Assembly: GCA_937863995.1 (NCBI GenBank)
Contig: CALMIK010000009.1
Span: forward strand, 31,577-95,576
DNA from: an uncultured Chelatococcus sp.
GTDB lineage: Bacteria; Pseudomonadota; Alphaproteobacteria; Rhizobiales; Beijerinckiaceae
Direction: 5' to 3'
Length of the DNA: 64,000 nucleotides
Every line of letters begins with the position of its first letter. Positions within the stretch are counted from its first letter, which is position 1. Position numbers and translations under genes: made by a program. Positions 9,154-19,233 of this stretch are shown here, piece after piece. A model generated the notes under the pieces. That model saw only the letters and a list, made by a program, of their open reading frames with translations, was not told the origin of the DNA and searched no databases.

Positions 9154-10047
9154 ATGGGGCACTGCATGTCATTGAATAATCTCCTTTATCGCGATCTTGA
9201 CAAGGCAGCGCTCGAACGCGGGTACAACGCCCGCGAGAGCGTGCCTTCGTTCGACGCCGAATATGCCCGTTACGTGGCCGCAAGCGAGCGCGTGAAGCGC
9301 GAGATATCTCACCTCGCCGACATCGTCTACGATCCGCCAAGCGGCGAAACGCTCGATTTCTATCCCGCGCACCCCGGTGCTCCGGTGTTTTTGTGGATTC
9401 ATGGCGGGTATTGGCGCGCCACCTCGAAGAACGACAACGCCTTCGTCGTGCCGGGTCCGCGCGCGCACGGCATGGCGGTCGCCGTCGTCAACTACACGCT
9501 CGCCCCGGCGGTCACGCTGGACGAGATCGTGCGGCAAGTGCGGCAGGCGATTGCCTTTCTCCACGCAAACCGCGAGCGCTTCGCCATAGCGCCAGATCCG
9601 TTAGCCGTGGGCGGCTCGTCCGCCGGCGGGCATCTCGTCGGCATGCTGCTCGCAGGCGGATGGCACGGGGATTTCAACGTGCCGGAGAACACCATCGGCG
9701 CGGCGCTGGCGCTCTCGGGGCTGCATGACATCGAGCCGCTGCGCCACACGCAGGTCAATGACTGGCTTGGGCTCGATGACGATTCCATAGCGCGCAACAG
9801 TCCCATCCGCCACATTCCGCAGCGGTCCAGCGCCCGGCTCCTGGCATCGGTGGGCGGGCTGGAAACCGCGGAGTTCAAACGCCAGACCGCCGATTACCAC
9901 GCCGCCTGGATCGCCGCCGGCCACGCAGGCGCCCTGCTCGACATGCCACGGCACAATCATTTCGATATCGCCCTGAGCCTCGGCGACCCGGACGGGGTTC
10001 TCGCAAAGGCGATAGCGGAACTCGCCACCCTTACGGACAGAGACTGA
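9154..10047 (+). CDS. Alpha/beta hydrolase (arylformamidase/esterase-like)
   Basis: Contains IHGGYW, nucleophile elbow GSSAGG and RHNHFDI. The start may be 9166. Confidence 0.85.
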   Translation: MGHCMSLNNLLYRDLDKAALERGYNARESVPSFDAEYARYVAASERVKREISHLADIVYDPPSGETLDFYPAHPGAPVFLWIHGGYWRATSKNDNAFVVPGPRAHGMAVAVVNYTLAPAVTLDEIVRQVRQAIAFLHANRERFAIAPDPLAVGGSSAGGHLVGMLLAGGWHGDFNVPENTIGAALALSGLHDIEPLRHTQVNDWLGLDDDSIARNSPIRHIPQRSSARLLASVGGLETAEFKRQTADYHAAWIAAGHAGALLDMPRHNHFDIALSLGDPDGVLAKAIAELATLTDRD

Positions 10048-10048
10048 C

Positions 10049-10672
10049 ATGCTATTCGATCTGGAAGCGCTGGCGAAGCGAGATCGCTACAAAATTCTGG
10101 CCGCCTGCATCGTGCCCCGGCCGATTGCGTGGATCACGACGGTGTCGGAAAACGGCACCGTCAACGCCGCCCCGTTCAGCTTCTTCAACGTGATGGGCGA
10201 CGATCCGCCCACCGTCGCGATCGGGATCATGCCCGGCGCGGGGCGGCTGAAAGACACAGCCGCCAACATCCTGTCGACCGGCGAGTTCGTCATCAATCTG
10301 GTGGCGGAAGCGAATGCCGAAGCCATGAACCTCACATGCATCGATGCGCCGCCCGAAATCGACGAACTGGCGCTTGCCGGGCTGACGGCGGAGCCCTCTC
10401 ACGCCGTCGCGCCGCCGCGCATCCTCGAGTCACCGGTTTCGCTTGAATGCCGCATGCTGACGTCGCTCGTCACGGGTCCGCGCCAGACCATCGTCATCGG
10501 CCGCGTCGTCTGCGTCCATGTGGAGGATCGCTTCGTACAGGACGAAAAGCGCTGCCACATCGACACAGCCGCCCTGCACCTCATCGCCCGCATGCACGGC
10601 AGCGGCTACCTTCGCTCGACGGACATGTTTCAGCTCGAGCGCCCGACCTGGGCCGAATGGAAGGGCCGATGA
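10049..10672 (+). CDS. Flavin reductase-like FMN-binding protein
   Basis: Contains IVPRPIAWITT, NAAPFSFFN, KDTAANI and GEFVINLV. Confidence 0.88.
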   Translation: MLFDLEALAKRDRYKILAACIVPRPIAWITTVSENGTVNAAPFSFFNVMGDDPPTVAIGIMPGAGRLKDTAANILSTGEFVINLVAEANAEAMNLTCIDAPPEIDELALAGLTAEPSHAVAPPRILESPVSLECRMLTSLVTGPRQTIVIGRVVCVHVEDRFVQDEKRCHIDTAALHLIARMHGSGYLRSTDMFQLERPTWAEWKGR

Positions 10673-10806
10673 ACCGGGCGACCGCGCGCAACGCACAGCG
10701 GTTTCCGGATACGCGGGACGAACATGTCGTCAGGGCGCGATTGCGCGGGTAAGATGGCGGTCGTCCGCCGTTATCGAGCGGACGCTGTCCAGACAAGGAA
10801 TTCGGA

Positions 10807-11991
10807 ATGCCGGATAAGCCCAGGGAAGGCCTCGCGCGTCGGGACTTCATGCTTGCGTCCATCGCCTCTGTCGGCATGCCTGTGGCGTTGGCCGCCAATG
10901 CCGGCGCAGCCAGCGCGCAGGACGCGGCCGCACCGGCATCGCGAGGAACGGTCTATGTCGGCGATGTCATCGACGGGAAGAAAGTCGTCAGCGCGCTCGA
11001 CATCGACGACCTTGCCCCGGGACAGAAGCACTTCCTGTATTTCCAGGGCGTCGAGATGCCGACCGGGCAGCACTGGCATGTATCGGTGACGGTCGCCCGG
11101 GGCGCGAAGCCGGGCAAGCGCGGCGTGCTGGTCAGCGGCGTGCACGGCGACGAAATGAGTTCGATCCATACCGTCCAGACCGTCATGAACCAGCTCGACC
11201 CGGCGCAGATGTCGGGCACGGTGATGGCGGTCACGGACATATCGCGCCCGGCGCTGGAGAGCATGCAACGCCGGTGGCCCAATCAGGGCAGAGGCATCGA
11301 CCTGATCGACATGAACCGCGTGTGGCCCGGCAACGAGAATGGCGACACCGCGCCCGGCCGCCACGCCGGCCTGCTGTTCAACCGGCTGCTGCGGCCGAAC
11401 GCCGATTTCGCCATCGACTTCCACACCGGGACAACCGGCTTCGAGGTTACCGCATTCAACATCGGCGAGATGGATGTTCCCGAGGTCAGGGCGATGATCG
11501 AGCTCTACCCCGTTGGCCAGATCTTCGACAATCCCGTCTATAACGGCGTCCTGCATAACGCGTTCATGGAGGCGGGCATTCCGTCCTTCACGCCGGAGAT
11601 CGGCGCGGCGCGCGTGCTGGATCTCGACATGATACCGCTGTTCGTCGAGGGCACGATGAACGTCCTGAAGCATCACGGCATCCTCGCCGGCCCGATGGGC
11701 CGCACCGGCAAGGACGTGAGCGTCTTCATCGGCAACAACGCGTTTCCGATTCTGGCCACGGCGGGCGGGATCGTCGAATATCTGGTCAAGCTCAACGACA
11801 AGGTCGTGCCGGGGCAGAAGGTCGCCATCCAGCGCGACAACTTCGGCAACGTCGTTGCGGAGTACAGCAGCGGCGTGACCGGCGAGATCACGGGCCTGCG
11901 CAGCGACGCAATGTCCGAACCCGGCAACCCGCTGGCCTTCATCCTGTTCCACGCGGGAGCGCCTGACGACGACGAGACCTATCCGGAGTGA
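10807..11991 (+). CDS. Succinylglutamate desuccinylase/aspartoacylase (M14) family protein with Tat signal
   Basis: Tat signal ARRDFMLAS...ASA; motifs SGVHGDE, DMNRVWPG, DFHTG and TPEIG. Confidence 0.85.
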   Translation: MPDKPREGLARRDFMLASIASVGMPVALAANAGAASAQDAAAPASRGTVYVGDVIDGKKVVSALDIDDLAPGQKHFLYFQGVEMPTGQHWHVSVTVARGAKPGKRGVLVSGVHGDEMSSIHTVQTVMNQLDPAQMSGTVMAVTDISRPALESMQRRWPNQGRGIDLIDMNRVWPGNENGDTAPGRHAGLLFNRLLRPNADFAIDFHTGTTGFEVTAFNIGEMDVPEVRAMIELYPVGQIFDNPVYNGVLHNAFMEAGIPSFTPEIGAARVLDLDMIPLFVEGTMNVLKHHGILAGPMGRTGKDVSVFIGNNAFPILATAGGIVEYLVKLNDKVVPGQKVAIQRDNFGNVVAEYSSGVTGEITGLRSDAMSEPGNPLAFILFHAGAPDDDETYPE

Positions 11992-12091
11992 CGCATGGCG
12001 CGGCTGACCTTCAGCCCTGCCAGCAGCACATGCCGGCATGCTGGACATGCAAACATCCGCGACCTATCTAATCAACCGAAAGTGGCGTGAC

Positions 12092-12106
12092 ATTTGATAA
12101 TCAAAT
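12092..12106. promoter_or_regulatory. AT-rich palindrome upstream of the LLM gene
   Basis: ATTTGAT-A-ATCAAAT, ending 36 nt before the ATG at 12143. Confidence 0.45.
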
Positions 12107-12142
12107 CAAATGCGAGACGCCATTATCCGGAGCCGCGTCACC

Positions 12143-13165
12143 ATGAAAAAGATCGGTTTTCTCTCTTTCGGCCACTGGACGCCGTCCCAGCAGTCGCAAA
12201 CCCGCTCGGCGTCGGACACGCTGCTGCAATCGATCGATCTGGCCGTCGCGGCCGAGGAACTCGGGGCCGACGGCGCCTATTTCCGCGTGCATCACTTCGC
12301 CCGCCAGCTGGCCTCTCCGTTTCCGCTTCTCGCCGCCGTCGGGGCGAAGACCAGCCGCATCGAGATCGGCACGGCGGTCATCGACATGCGGTACGAAAAC
12401 CCGCTCTACATGGCCGAGGACGCCGGCGCGGCGGATCTCATCGCGCAGGGACGCCTTCAGCTCGGCATCAGCCGCGGCTCGCCGGAGCAGGTCATCGACG
12501 GCTGGCGGTATTTCGGCTATCGGCCCGACGAAGGCAAGACGGACGCCGACATGGGCCGCCAGCATACGGAAGTGCTGCTCCAGATTCTGAAAGGACAAGG
12601 CTTCGCCGAGCCCAATCCTCAGCCGATGTTCCCGAACCCGCCGGGACTGCTGCGCCTCGAGCCCTATTCCGAGGGGCTGCGCGAGCGCATCTGGTGGGGC
12701 GCGGGATCGAACGCCACCGCCGCGTGGGCCGCGAAGCTCGGCATGAACCTGCAAAGCTCCACGCTGAAGGACGACGAAACCGGCGAGCCGTTCCACATCC
12801 AGCAGGCGAAGCAGATCCGCGCCTATCGCGAGGCCTGGAAAGAGGCCGGTCACGCGCGGGAACCGCGTGTCTCCGTCAGCCGCAGCATTTTCGCGCTGGT
12901 CGACGACCGTGACCGCGCCTACTTCGGCCAAGGCGGAAAAGAGCAGGATTCCATCGGCTTCATCGACGACAAGACGCGCGCCATCTTCGGGCGCAGCTAC
13001 GCCGCGGAGCCCGACGCGCTCATCAAGCAGCTGAAGGCGGACGAGGCCATCGCCGAGGCCGACACGCTGCTGCTAACCGTTCCGAACCAGCTCGGTGTCG
13101 CGTACAACGCCCACGTCATCGAGGCGATCCTCAAGCACGTCGCGCCGGCTCTCGGGTGGCGCTGA
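12143..13165 (+). CDS. LLM-class flavin-dependent oxidoreductase (luciferase-like)
   Basis: Contains MKKIGFLSFGHW, YFRVHHFARQ, IEIGTAVIDMRYENP and LGISRGSPE. Confidence 0.9.
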   Translation: MKKIGFLSFGHWTPSQQSQTRSASDTLLQSIDLAVAAEELGADGAYFRVHHFARQLASPFPLLAAVGAKTSRIEIGTAVIDMRYENPLYMAEDAGAADLIAQGRLQLGISRGSPEQVIDGWRYFGYRPDEGKTDADMGRQHTEVLLQILKGQGFAEPNPQPMFPNPPGLLRLEPYSEGLRERIWWGAGSNATAAWAAKLGMNLQSSTLKDDETGEPFHIQQAKQIRAYREAWKEAGHAREPRVSVSRSIFALVDDRDRAYFGQGGKEQDSIGFIDDKTRAIFGRSYAAEPDALIKQLKADEAIAEADTLLLTVPNQLGVAYNAHVIEAILKHVAPALGWR

Positions 13166-13198
13166 TCCGGGCAGGCCGTATCGACTGGAGATTCTGAC

Positions 13199-13852
13199 AT
13201 GCACAAGCTGTTCTACTCCCCCGGCGCCTGTTCGCTCGCCGTGCATATCGTGCTGGAGGAAATCGGCGCACCTTACGAAGCGGAGGTTCGGTCCGCGCGC
13301 AACAGCGAGGGCACGGCCACGCCGGATTACCTCGCGCTCAATCCAAAAGGCCGCGTGCCCGCCCTCACCGGCGTCGGCGGCGACGCCGGCGGCGCGAAGG
13401 GGCTGCTGACCGAGGTCGGCGCCATTCTCACCTTTCTGGCGCGCAGCCATCCCGAGGCCGAACTGCTCCCGCCTACCCCGGAGGGCGCGGCGCGCTGCGC
13501 CGAATGGATGAGCTGGTTGTCGGTGGATCTGCACGGCGTCGGCTTCGGCCAGCTCTGGCGTCCGCACCGTTTCGTCGACGACCCGGCGCTCCATGAGGCG
13601 GTGTCGGCCAAGGGCCGCTCCAACATCGAAGCCGCCTACGATCATATCGAACGCATCCTGTCGGATGGCCGAGACTGGGCCGTGCCGAGCGCCTATTCCG
13701 TGGTCGATCCGTATCTTCTGGTTTTCTGGCTTTGGGGTGCGCGGGCAGGCTTTGACATGCAGGCTCGTTGGCCCCACTGGGCGCGCCTCATGGAGAAGGT
13801 GAAGGCGAGACCGGCGGTGACGCGCGCCCTGCAAATCGAGGGTCTGGCGTAA
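13199..13852 (+). CDS. Glutathione S-transferase (beta class-like)
   Basis: Contains LFYSPGACSLAVHI, NPKGRVPAL and LTEVGAIL. Confidence 0.9.
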   Translation: MHKLFYSPGACSLAVHIVLEEIGAPYEAEVRSARNSEGTATPDYLALNPKGRVPALTGVGGDAGGAKGLLTEVGAILTFLARSHPEAELLPPTPEGAARCAEWMSWLSVDLHGVGFGQLWRPHRFVDDPALHEAVSAKGRSNIEAAYDHIERILSDGRDWAVPSAYSVVDPYLLVFWLWGARAGFDMQARWPHWARLMEKVKARPAVTRALQIEGLA

Positions 13853-13874
13853 GCATCACAGCCATGCCGTCTGC

Positions 13875-14852
13875 TCAGGCCGGAACCGGGTGAGCCGTCT
13901 GCGTGCCGGCGGCTTTCGGTCGCGGCTGCGCTGACAACTCGTCCATCAGCATGCCGCGAAGGATCATGCCGCCGAGGCCCAGCGGGCGCGCCTTGCGGTG
14001 CACCAGATAACAGGTGTTGGCGGTGCGGCTGCCCTCGATCTGCAACTCGCGGATGTCGCCTTTCTCCACCCAGTGGCGGGCGAAGGCGATCGGCACGATG
14101 CCAAGATAGCGCGACGAGAGCACGAGCAGCATGCGCGACAGGATCGTGGGCGCCCTCGCCTTGATCTTCAGGCCGCGCACGAATTCGGAATACCCTTCCT
14201 CCTGCGTGACCTCGGCGGCGACGAAGCCGTGCCGGCGCAGTTCTTCCGGGGTCAGCGCCGCGTCGTCGCAGCCGAAAAGCGGGTGGTCCTTGCCGCAGAA
14301 GATGCCCATCCGCTCCTCGCACACCGGGGTGGCGACGAGCGCGTCGCTGTGCCGGCCCAGCGCCGTGAACGCCAGATCGGCCGTTCCCTCGAGTACCGAG
14401 GCATAGATGTGATCGGGCGAGGTCATGCGAATGTTCAGCGTCAGGTCGGCATAGCGTTCGCCGACGCGGGCAATCGCGCGCGTCAACGGTTCGCCGAATT
14501 CGAACAGGAAGCTGTCGTCGGCATAGAACGTGATCTTGTCTTCCAGTTTGTGAATCGCGGCACCGACGAAGTCGTTGAAGCGCCCGATCTCGGCCAGAAG
14601 CTGCACCGCCGCCGAATGCACCAGTTGCCCCTGCTCGGTAAGCTGGAATCCCGATCTTCCCCGCTCGCACAGGCGCATGGCAAGGCGTTCCTCCAACCGG
14701 GTCAATCCTAGGCTGATGGCCGACTTTCCCTTGCCCAACCGGGCCTGGGCCGCGGTGATGCCCCCAGCCTCGACGATTTCGACGAACTCGCGCAAGCCGG
14801 CGATGTCGGTGTCGGAAAGATTGCCGCGAAAGGGTTTCAGACTCGGGTTCAC
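13875..14852 (-). CDS. LysR-family regulator
   Basis: Contains EAGGITAAQARLG and LEERLAMRLCERG plus a substrate-binding domain; divergent from lhgO. Confidence 0.88.
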   Translation of the reverse strand: MNPSLKPFRGNLSDTDIAGLREFVEIVEAGGITAAQARLGKGKSAISLGLTRLEERLAMRLCERGRSGFQLTEQGQLVHSAAVQLLAEIGRFNDFVGAAIHKLEDKITFYADDSFLFEFGEPLTRAIARVGERYADLTLNIRMTSPDHIYASVLEGTADLAFTALGRHSDALVATPVCEERMGIFCGKDHPLFGCDDAALTPEELRRHGFVAAEVTQEEGYSEFVRGLKIKARAPTILSRMLLVLSSRYLGIVPIAFARHWVEKGDIRELQIEGSRTANTCYLVHRKARPLGLGGMILRGMLMDELSAQPRPKAAGTQTAHPVPA

Positions 14853-14979
14853 GCCACACTCCGGAATTTGGCCGATAGTTCCTATTTTATCAAACTTTGG
14901 TCAAGCAAACAGGTATCGACGTGGCGGAACGCATCGGCTACCCCATAAGGGTGGAAGATTGTGGCGAAAGTGAACAAGC

Positions 14980-16182
14980 GTGGCACGAGCGGATATCGTC
15001 GTTATCGGTGCAGGTATCGTTGGGCTTGCAACCGCCTTCTTTTTGAAGCGCTCGCGCCCGGAACTGAGCGTCGCGATCGTCGAGAAGGAACTGGAGCCGG
15101 GCAAGCACCAGACCGGTCATAACTCGGGCGTGATCCATGCCGGGATCTATTATGCGCCGGGCAGCCTCAAGGCCAACCTGTGCAAGGCCGGCGCCGCGCA
15201 GACCAAGCTTTTCTGCGAGGAAAACCACATTCCGTTCGATGTCTGCGGCAAGCTGATCGTCGCCACCGACGAGAAGGAACTGCCCGCTCTCGACAACCTG
15301 CGCCAGCGCTCCGAACAGAATGGCCTCGACACCCGCATGGTGGACAAGGCGGAGCTCGCCGAAATCGAACCCAATGTGGCGGGCGTGCGCGCGATTCTCA
15401 GCCCCGCCAGCGGCATCGTCAACTATGGCCTGATCTGCCGGGTGCTGCGCGACCGGCTATCGGAACAGGGCGTCACGTTCCATTTCGGCGCCCCGGTCAC
15501 GGGACTGCGCGAGACCTCGGGCGAAGTCACGGTCGAAACCGACAAGCTCAGCCTGACGGCCAGCCTGGTGGTGGCCTGCGCCGGCCTGCAGGCCGACCGC
15601 ATCGCCGACATGTCGGGCCTTGCCGACGACTTCCGCATCATTCCGTTCCGGGGCGAGTATTTCCGCCTGTCGGAGAAGGCCGGCAATCTGGTCAAGCACC
15701 TCATCTATCCCGTGCCCGACCCGTCGCTGCCCTTCCTCGGCGTGCATCTGACCAAGATGATCGGCGGCTACACGACAGTGGGCCCGAACGCGGTTTTCTC
15801 TTTCGGACGCGAGACTTACGACGGCAACGGCATCGTGCTGGCCGACACCGCGCGCAGCCTCGCCTTCCCCGGCTTCTGGAAGCTGATGGCGCGCTCCGTC
15901 AAGCCCGGCATCCACGAGATGCGCGGCACGCTCTCGCGACGCGTCTATCTGGAGCGCTGCCAGCGTTACTGCCCGTCGCTGGCGATGGATGACCTTCAGG
16001 CCTATCCGCCTGGCATCCGCGCCCAGGCTGTCGGCCGCGACGGCAAGATGATCGACGACTTCCTCATCCGCCAGACCGCGCGCACCGTGCATGTGTGCAA
16101 CGCGCCCTCGCCCGCGGCCACATCCGCATTCCCGATCGGCGCCGACATCGGCGGCCGGATTCTCGCGAAGCTCGCGAGCTGA
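14980..16182 (+). CDS. lhgO: L-2-hydroxyglutarate oxidase family FAD enzyme
   Basis: Contains IGAGIVGLA, HQTGHNSGVIHAGIYYAPGSLKA, PFRGEYF, LPFLGVH and NAPSPAATS. Confidence 0.85.
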   Translation: MARADIVVIGAGIVGLATAFFLKRSRPELSVAIVEKELEPGKHQTGHNSGVIHAGIYYAPGSLKANLCKAGAAQTKLFCEENHIPFDVCGKLIVATDEKELPALDNLRQRSEQNGLDTRMVDKAELAEIEPNVAGVRAILSPASGIVNYGLICRVLRDRLSEQGVTFHFGAPVTGLRETSGEVTVETDKLSLTASLVVACAGLQADRIADMSGLADDFRIIPFRGEYFRLSEKAGNLVKHLIYPVPDPSLPFLGVHLTKMIGGYTTVGPNAVFSFGRETYDGNGIVLADTARSLAFPGFWKLMARSVKPGIHEMRGTLSRRVYLERCQRYCPSLAMDDLQAYPPGIRAQAVGRDGKMIDDFLIRQTARTVHVCNAPSPAATSAFPIGADIGGRILAKLAS

Positions 16183-16270
16183 ATTTTCCCGCCATCCCGG
16201 CCTCCAGTCGGGACAGGCAGACCGCAATCCATGCGTGCCAGACGCATGCAATATAAAGGGAGCAACCGTC

Positions 16271-17650
16271 ATGAGCGAACTGAAGAACTTCGATCGCCCC
16301 CCCGAGGCGCGTGATATCGCCCACCATTTCCATGGCTATACCGATGCGAAGCGCCACGAGGAAATCGGGCCGCTGGTGATCGAGAGCGGTCAGGGAATTT
16401 ATGTCACGGACGCGTCCGGCAAACGCTACATCGAGGGGCTCTCGGGCCTGTGGAGCGTGGGCCTCGGCTTTCAGGAGCAACGGCTGATCGATGCCGCCAC
16501 GGCCCAGCTGAAGCGGCTGCCCTTCTACCATAACTTCGGCCACAAGAGCCACAACCCGGCCATCGATCTGGCCGAGCAGCTCATCGGGCTGGCTCATGTG
16601 CCGATGTCGAAGGTTTTCTACACGAACTCGGGTTCGGAAGCGAACGACACCGTGCTCAAGATGGTGTGGTACCGCTCCAACGCGCTCGGCAAGCCCGAGA
16701 AGAAGAAGGTCATCGCCCGCAACCGCGGCTATCACGGCGTGACCATCGCTTCCGCCAGCCTCACCGGCCTGCCGAACAACCACCGTTCGTTCGACCTGCC
16801 CATCGACCGTGTGCTGCACACCCTCGCGCCGCACTACTGGAAGGAGGGCCGCGACGGCGAGACCGAAGAGCAGTTCGCCACCCGCTGCGCCGAAGAGCTG
16901 GACGCGCTGATCCAGCGTGAGGGGCCCGACACCATCGCCGCCTTCTGGGCCGAACCTGTCATGGGCGCCGGCGGCGTCGTGGTTCCGCCGAAGACCTATT
17001 TCGAGAAGATTCAGGCGGTACTGGCGAAGTACGACATCCTCTTCGTCGCCGACGAGGTCATCTGCGGCTTCGGCCGCACGGGCGAGATGTTCGGCTCGAT
17101 CACCTACGGCATCAAGCCCGACGTCATCGTGCTGTCGAAGCAGATCACGTCGAGCTACGTGCCGTTCTCGGCCATCATGATGAACGACCGCTTCTACCAG
17201 CCCATCGCCGAGGAAAGCCACAAGATCAGCACCTTCGGCCACGGCTTCACCGCCGGCGGGCATCCGCTGGGCGCGGCTGTGGCGCTGGAGAACCTGGCGA
17301 TCATCAAGGAACGCGACCTCGTGGCCAACGCCCGGGACGTGGGCGCGCATTTCCGCGGCCGCCTGCAAACCCTGGCGGAAAGCCCGCTGATCGGCGAAGT
17401 GCGCGGCGTCGGCCTGATCGCCGCCATCGAGCTGGTCAACGACAAGGCCACGAAAACGGTCAAGACGCCCGGAGCGCTGGGCGGCCTGATGAACGCGGTG
17501 ATGCAGCGCAACGGCCTGATTTCGCGCAACATGGGCGACGCGGTGGCCTTCTGCCCGCCGCTGATCATCACGCGTGAGCAGGCCGATGAGCTGTTCGAGA
17601 TCATCGCCCGGTCGCTGCGCGACGTCGAAGCCGAAGCCGGCGTGGCTTGA
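16271..17650 (+). CDS. Class III PLP aminotransferase (omega-amine/putrescine transaminase-like)
   Basis: Contains YTNSGSEAND, GYHG, EPVMGAGG, ADEVICGFGRTG and LSKQITS. Start set at MSELKN. Confidence 0.9.
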   Translation: MSELKNFDRPPEARDIAHHFHGYTDAKRHEEIGPLVIESGQGIYVTDASGKRYIEGLSGLWSVGLGFQEQRLIDAATAQLKRLPFYHNFGHKSHNPAIDLAEQLIGLAHVPMSKVFYTNSGSEANDTVLKMVWYRSNALGKPEKKKVIARNRGYHGVTIASASLTGLPNNHRSFDLPIDRVLHTLAPHYWKEGRDGETEEQFATRCAEELDALIQREGPDTIAAFWAEPVMGAGGVVVPPKTYFEKIQAVLAKYDILFVADEVICGFGRTGEMFGSITYGIKPDVIVLSKQITSSYVPFSAIMMNDRFYQPIAEESHKISTFGHGFTAGGHPLGAAVALENLAIIKERDLVANARDVGAHFRGRLQTLAESPLIGEVRGVGLIAAIELVNDKATKTVKTPGALGGLMNAVMQRNGLISRNMGDAVAFCPPLIITREQADELFEIIARSLRDVEAEAGVA

Positions 17651-17665
17651 GACAGGATCACTTCA

Positions 17666-19111
17666 ATGTCACACACTGAAAACCTGAATTACATCAACGG
17701 CGAATGGGTTTCCGGCTCCGAATTCATCGACAACCGCAACCCGTCCGATCTGGACGATGTGATCGGCCGCTACGCCCAGGCGAGCCGTGAGCAGACCGAC
17801 GACGCCATCGCCGCCGCCAACGCCGCCCTGCCCGCATGGGCGGCGGCCACGCCGCAGTTCCGTGCCGAAATCCTTGAGCGGGTCGGCCTTGAGCTGATGG
17901 CGCGCCGCGAGGAGCTGGGCGAGCTGCTGTCGCGCGAAGAGGGCAAGATCCTCTCGGAGGGCATCGGCGAGGCCACGCGCGCGGCGCAGCTGTTCAAGTT
18001 CTATGCGCAGGAAGCCCTGCGCGTGGAAGGACTTGCGATCGCCTCGACCCGCCCCGGCGTGCGCATCGAAGTGCGCCATGAGCCTGTCGGCGTGGTCGGC
18101 ATGATTACGCCGTGGAACTTCCCCATCGCCATTCCGGCATGGAAGATCGCCCCGGCTCTGGCGTTCGGCAACACCGTGGTGTTCAAGCCGGCCGAGCTGA
18201 CGCCCGGCTGCGCATGGGCGCTGGCCGAGATCCTGTCGCGCGCCGGGGTGCCGGCTGGCGTGTTCAATCTGGTGATGGGCAGCGGCCGCATCGTCGGCGA
18301 CGCCATCGCGCGCTCGCCGGGCGTGAACGCCGTGACCTTCACCGGCTCGGAGGCGACGGGTCGCGGCGTGCGCAGCATCGTCGCCGAGCGTGGCGGCAAG
18401 GTGCAGCAGGAAATGGGCGGCAAGAGCCCGCTCGTGGTGCTGGACGACGCCGATCTGCAGAACGCCATCGACTGCGCCATCGGCGGATCGGTCATCTCGA
18501 CGGGGCAGCGCTGCACCTCGAACACCCGCATCATCGCGACGCCGGGCATTCACGACGCGCTCGTGGAAGGCATGGCGAAGCGGGCGCAGGGGCTGGTCGT
18601 GGGCAACGCGCTCGATCCCGCAAGCCAGATCGGCCCGGTGGTGGACCAGCGCCAGCTCGACACCAACCTGCGCTACATCGCCATCGCCGACGGCGAAGGC
18701 GCCGAGCGCCTGTGCGGCGGCGAGGTGCTGGAAAAGGCCCAGCGCGGCTTCTATCTGTCGCCGGCGGTCTACGCCAACTGCACCAACGAGATGGTCCACG
18801 TGCGCGAGGAAATCTTCGGGCCGGTGGTCAGCGTCCTCAAGGCGGCGGATTACGACGAGGCGCTTGCGATCGCCAACGACTCGAGCCTTGGCCTGTCGTC
18901 GGGCATCTGCACGAAATCGCTGAAATACGCCGAGGACTTCAAGACTCGCTCGACTTCGGGCATGGTGTTCGTCAACCTGGCGACGGCGGGCGTGGATTAT
19001 CATGTGCCGTTCGGCGGCCGCAAGGGATCGAGCTACGGCCCACGCGAACAGGGACGCGCGTCGCGCGAGTTCTTCACGACTTCGAAGACGGCCTATACCA
19101 ACCCGCTCTGA
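17666..19111 (+). CDS. Aldehyde dehydrogenase (2-oxoglutarate semialdehyde dehydrogenase/YcbD-like)
   Basis: Contains ITPWNFP, FTGS, EMGGK, GQRCT, EEIFGPV and VDYHVPFGGRKGSSYGPREQG. Confidence 0.88.
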   Translation: MSHTENLNYINGEWVSGSEFIDNRNPSDLDDVIGRYAQASREQTDDAIAAANAALPAWAAATPQFRAEILERVGLELMARREELGELLSREEGKILSEGIGEATRAAQLFKFYAQEALRVEGLAIASTRPGVRIEVRHEPVGVVGMITPWNFPIAIPAWKIAPALAFGNTVVFKPAELTPGCAWALAEILSRAGVPAGVFNLVMGSGRIVGDAIARSPGVNAVTFTGSEATGRGVRSIVAERGGKVQQEMGGKSPLVVLDDADLQNAIDCAIGGSVISTGQRCTSNTRIIATPGIHDALVEGMAKRAQGLVVGNALDPASQIGPVVDQRQLDTNLRYIAIADGEGAERLCGGEVLEKAQRGFYLSPAVYANCTNEMVHVREEIFGPVVSVLKAADYDEALAIANDSSLGLSSGICTKSLKYAEDFKTRSTSGMVFVNLATAGVDYHVPFGGRKGSSYGPREQGRASREFFTTSKTAYTNPL

Positions 19112-19233
19112 CGGGCCTACACTGCGCGGCGGGGCTCCCTGAAGGAGCGCCCGCCGTCGGGCCGTTCGTGCCACGCCATAAAGATAATGCATGTCGCCGT
19201 CAGGCTGTTTCATGCGGGAACACGGAGGACTCA

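Noticed and set aside
14853-14979. LysR T-N11-A box
   Set aside because: The GATA...TATC arms are present, but the spacing does not fit T-N11-A cleanly.
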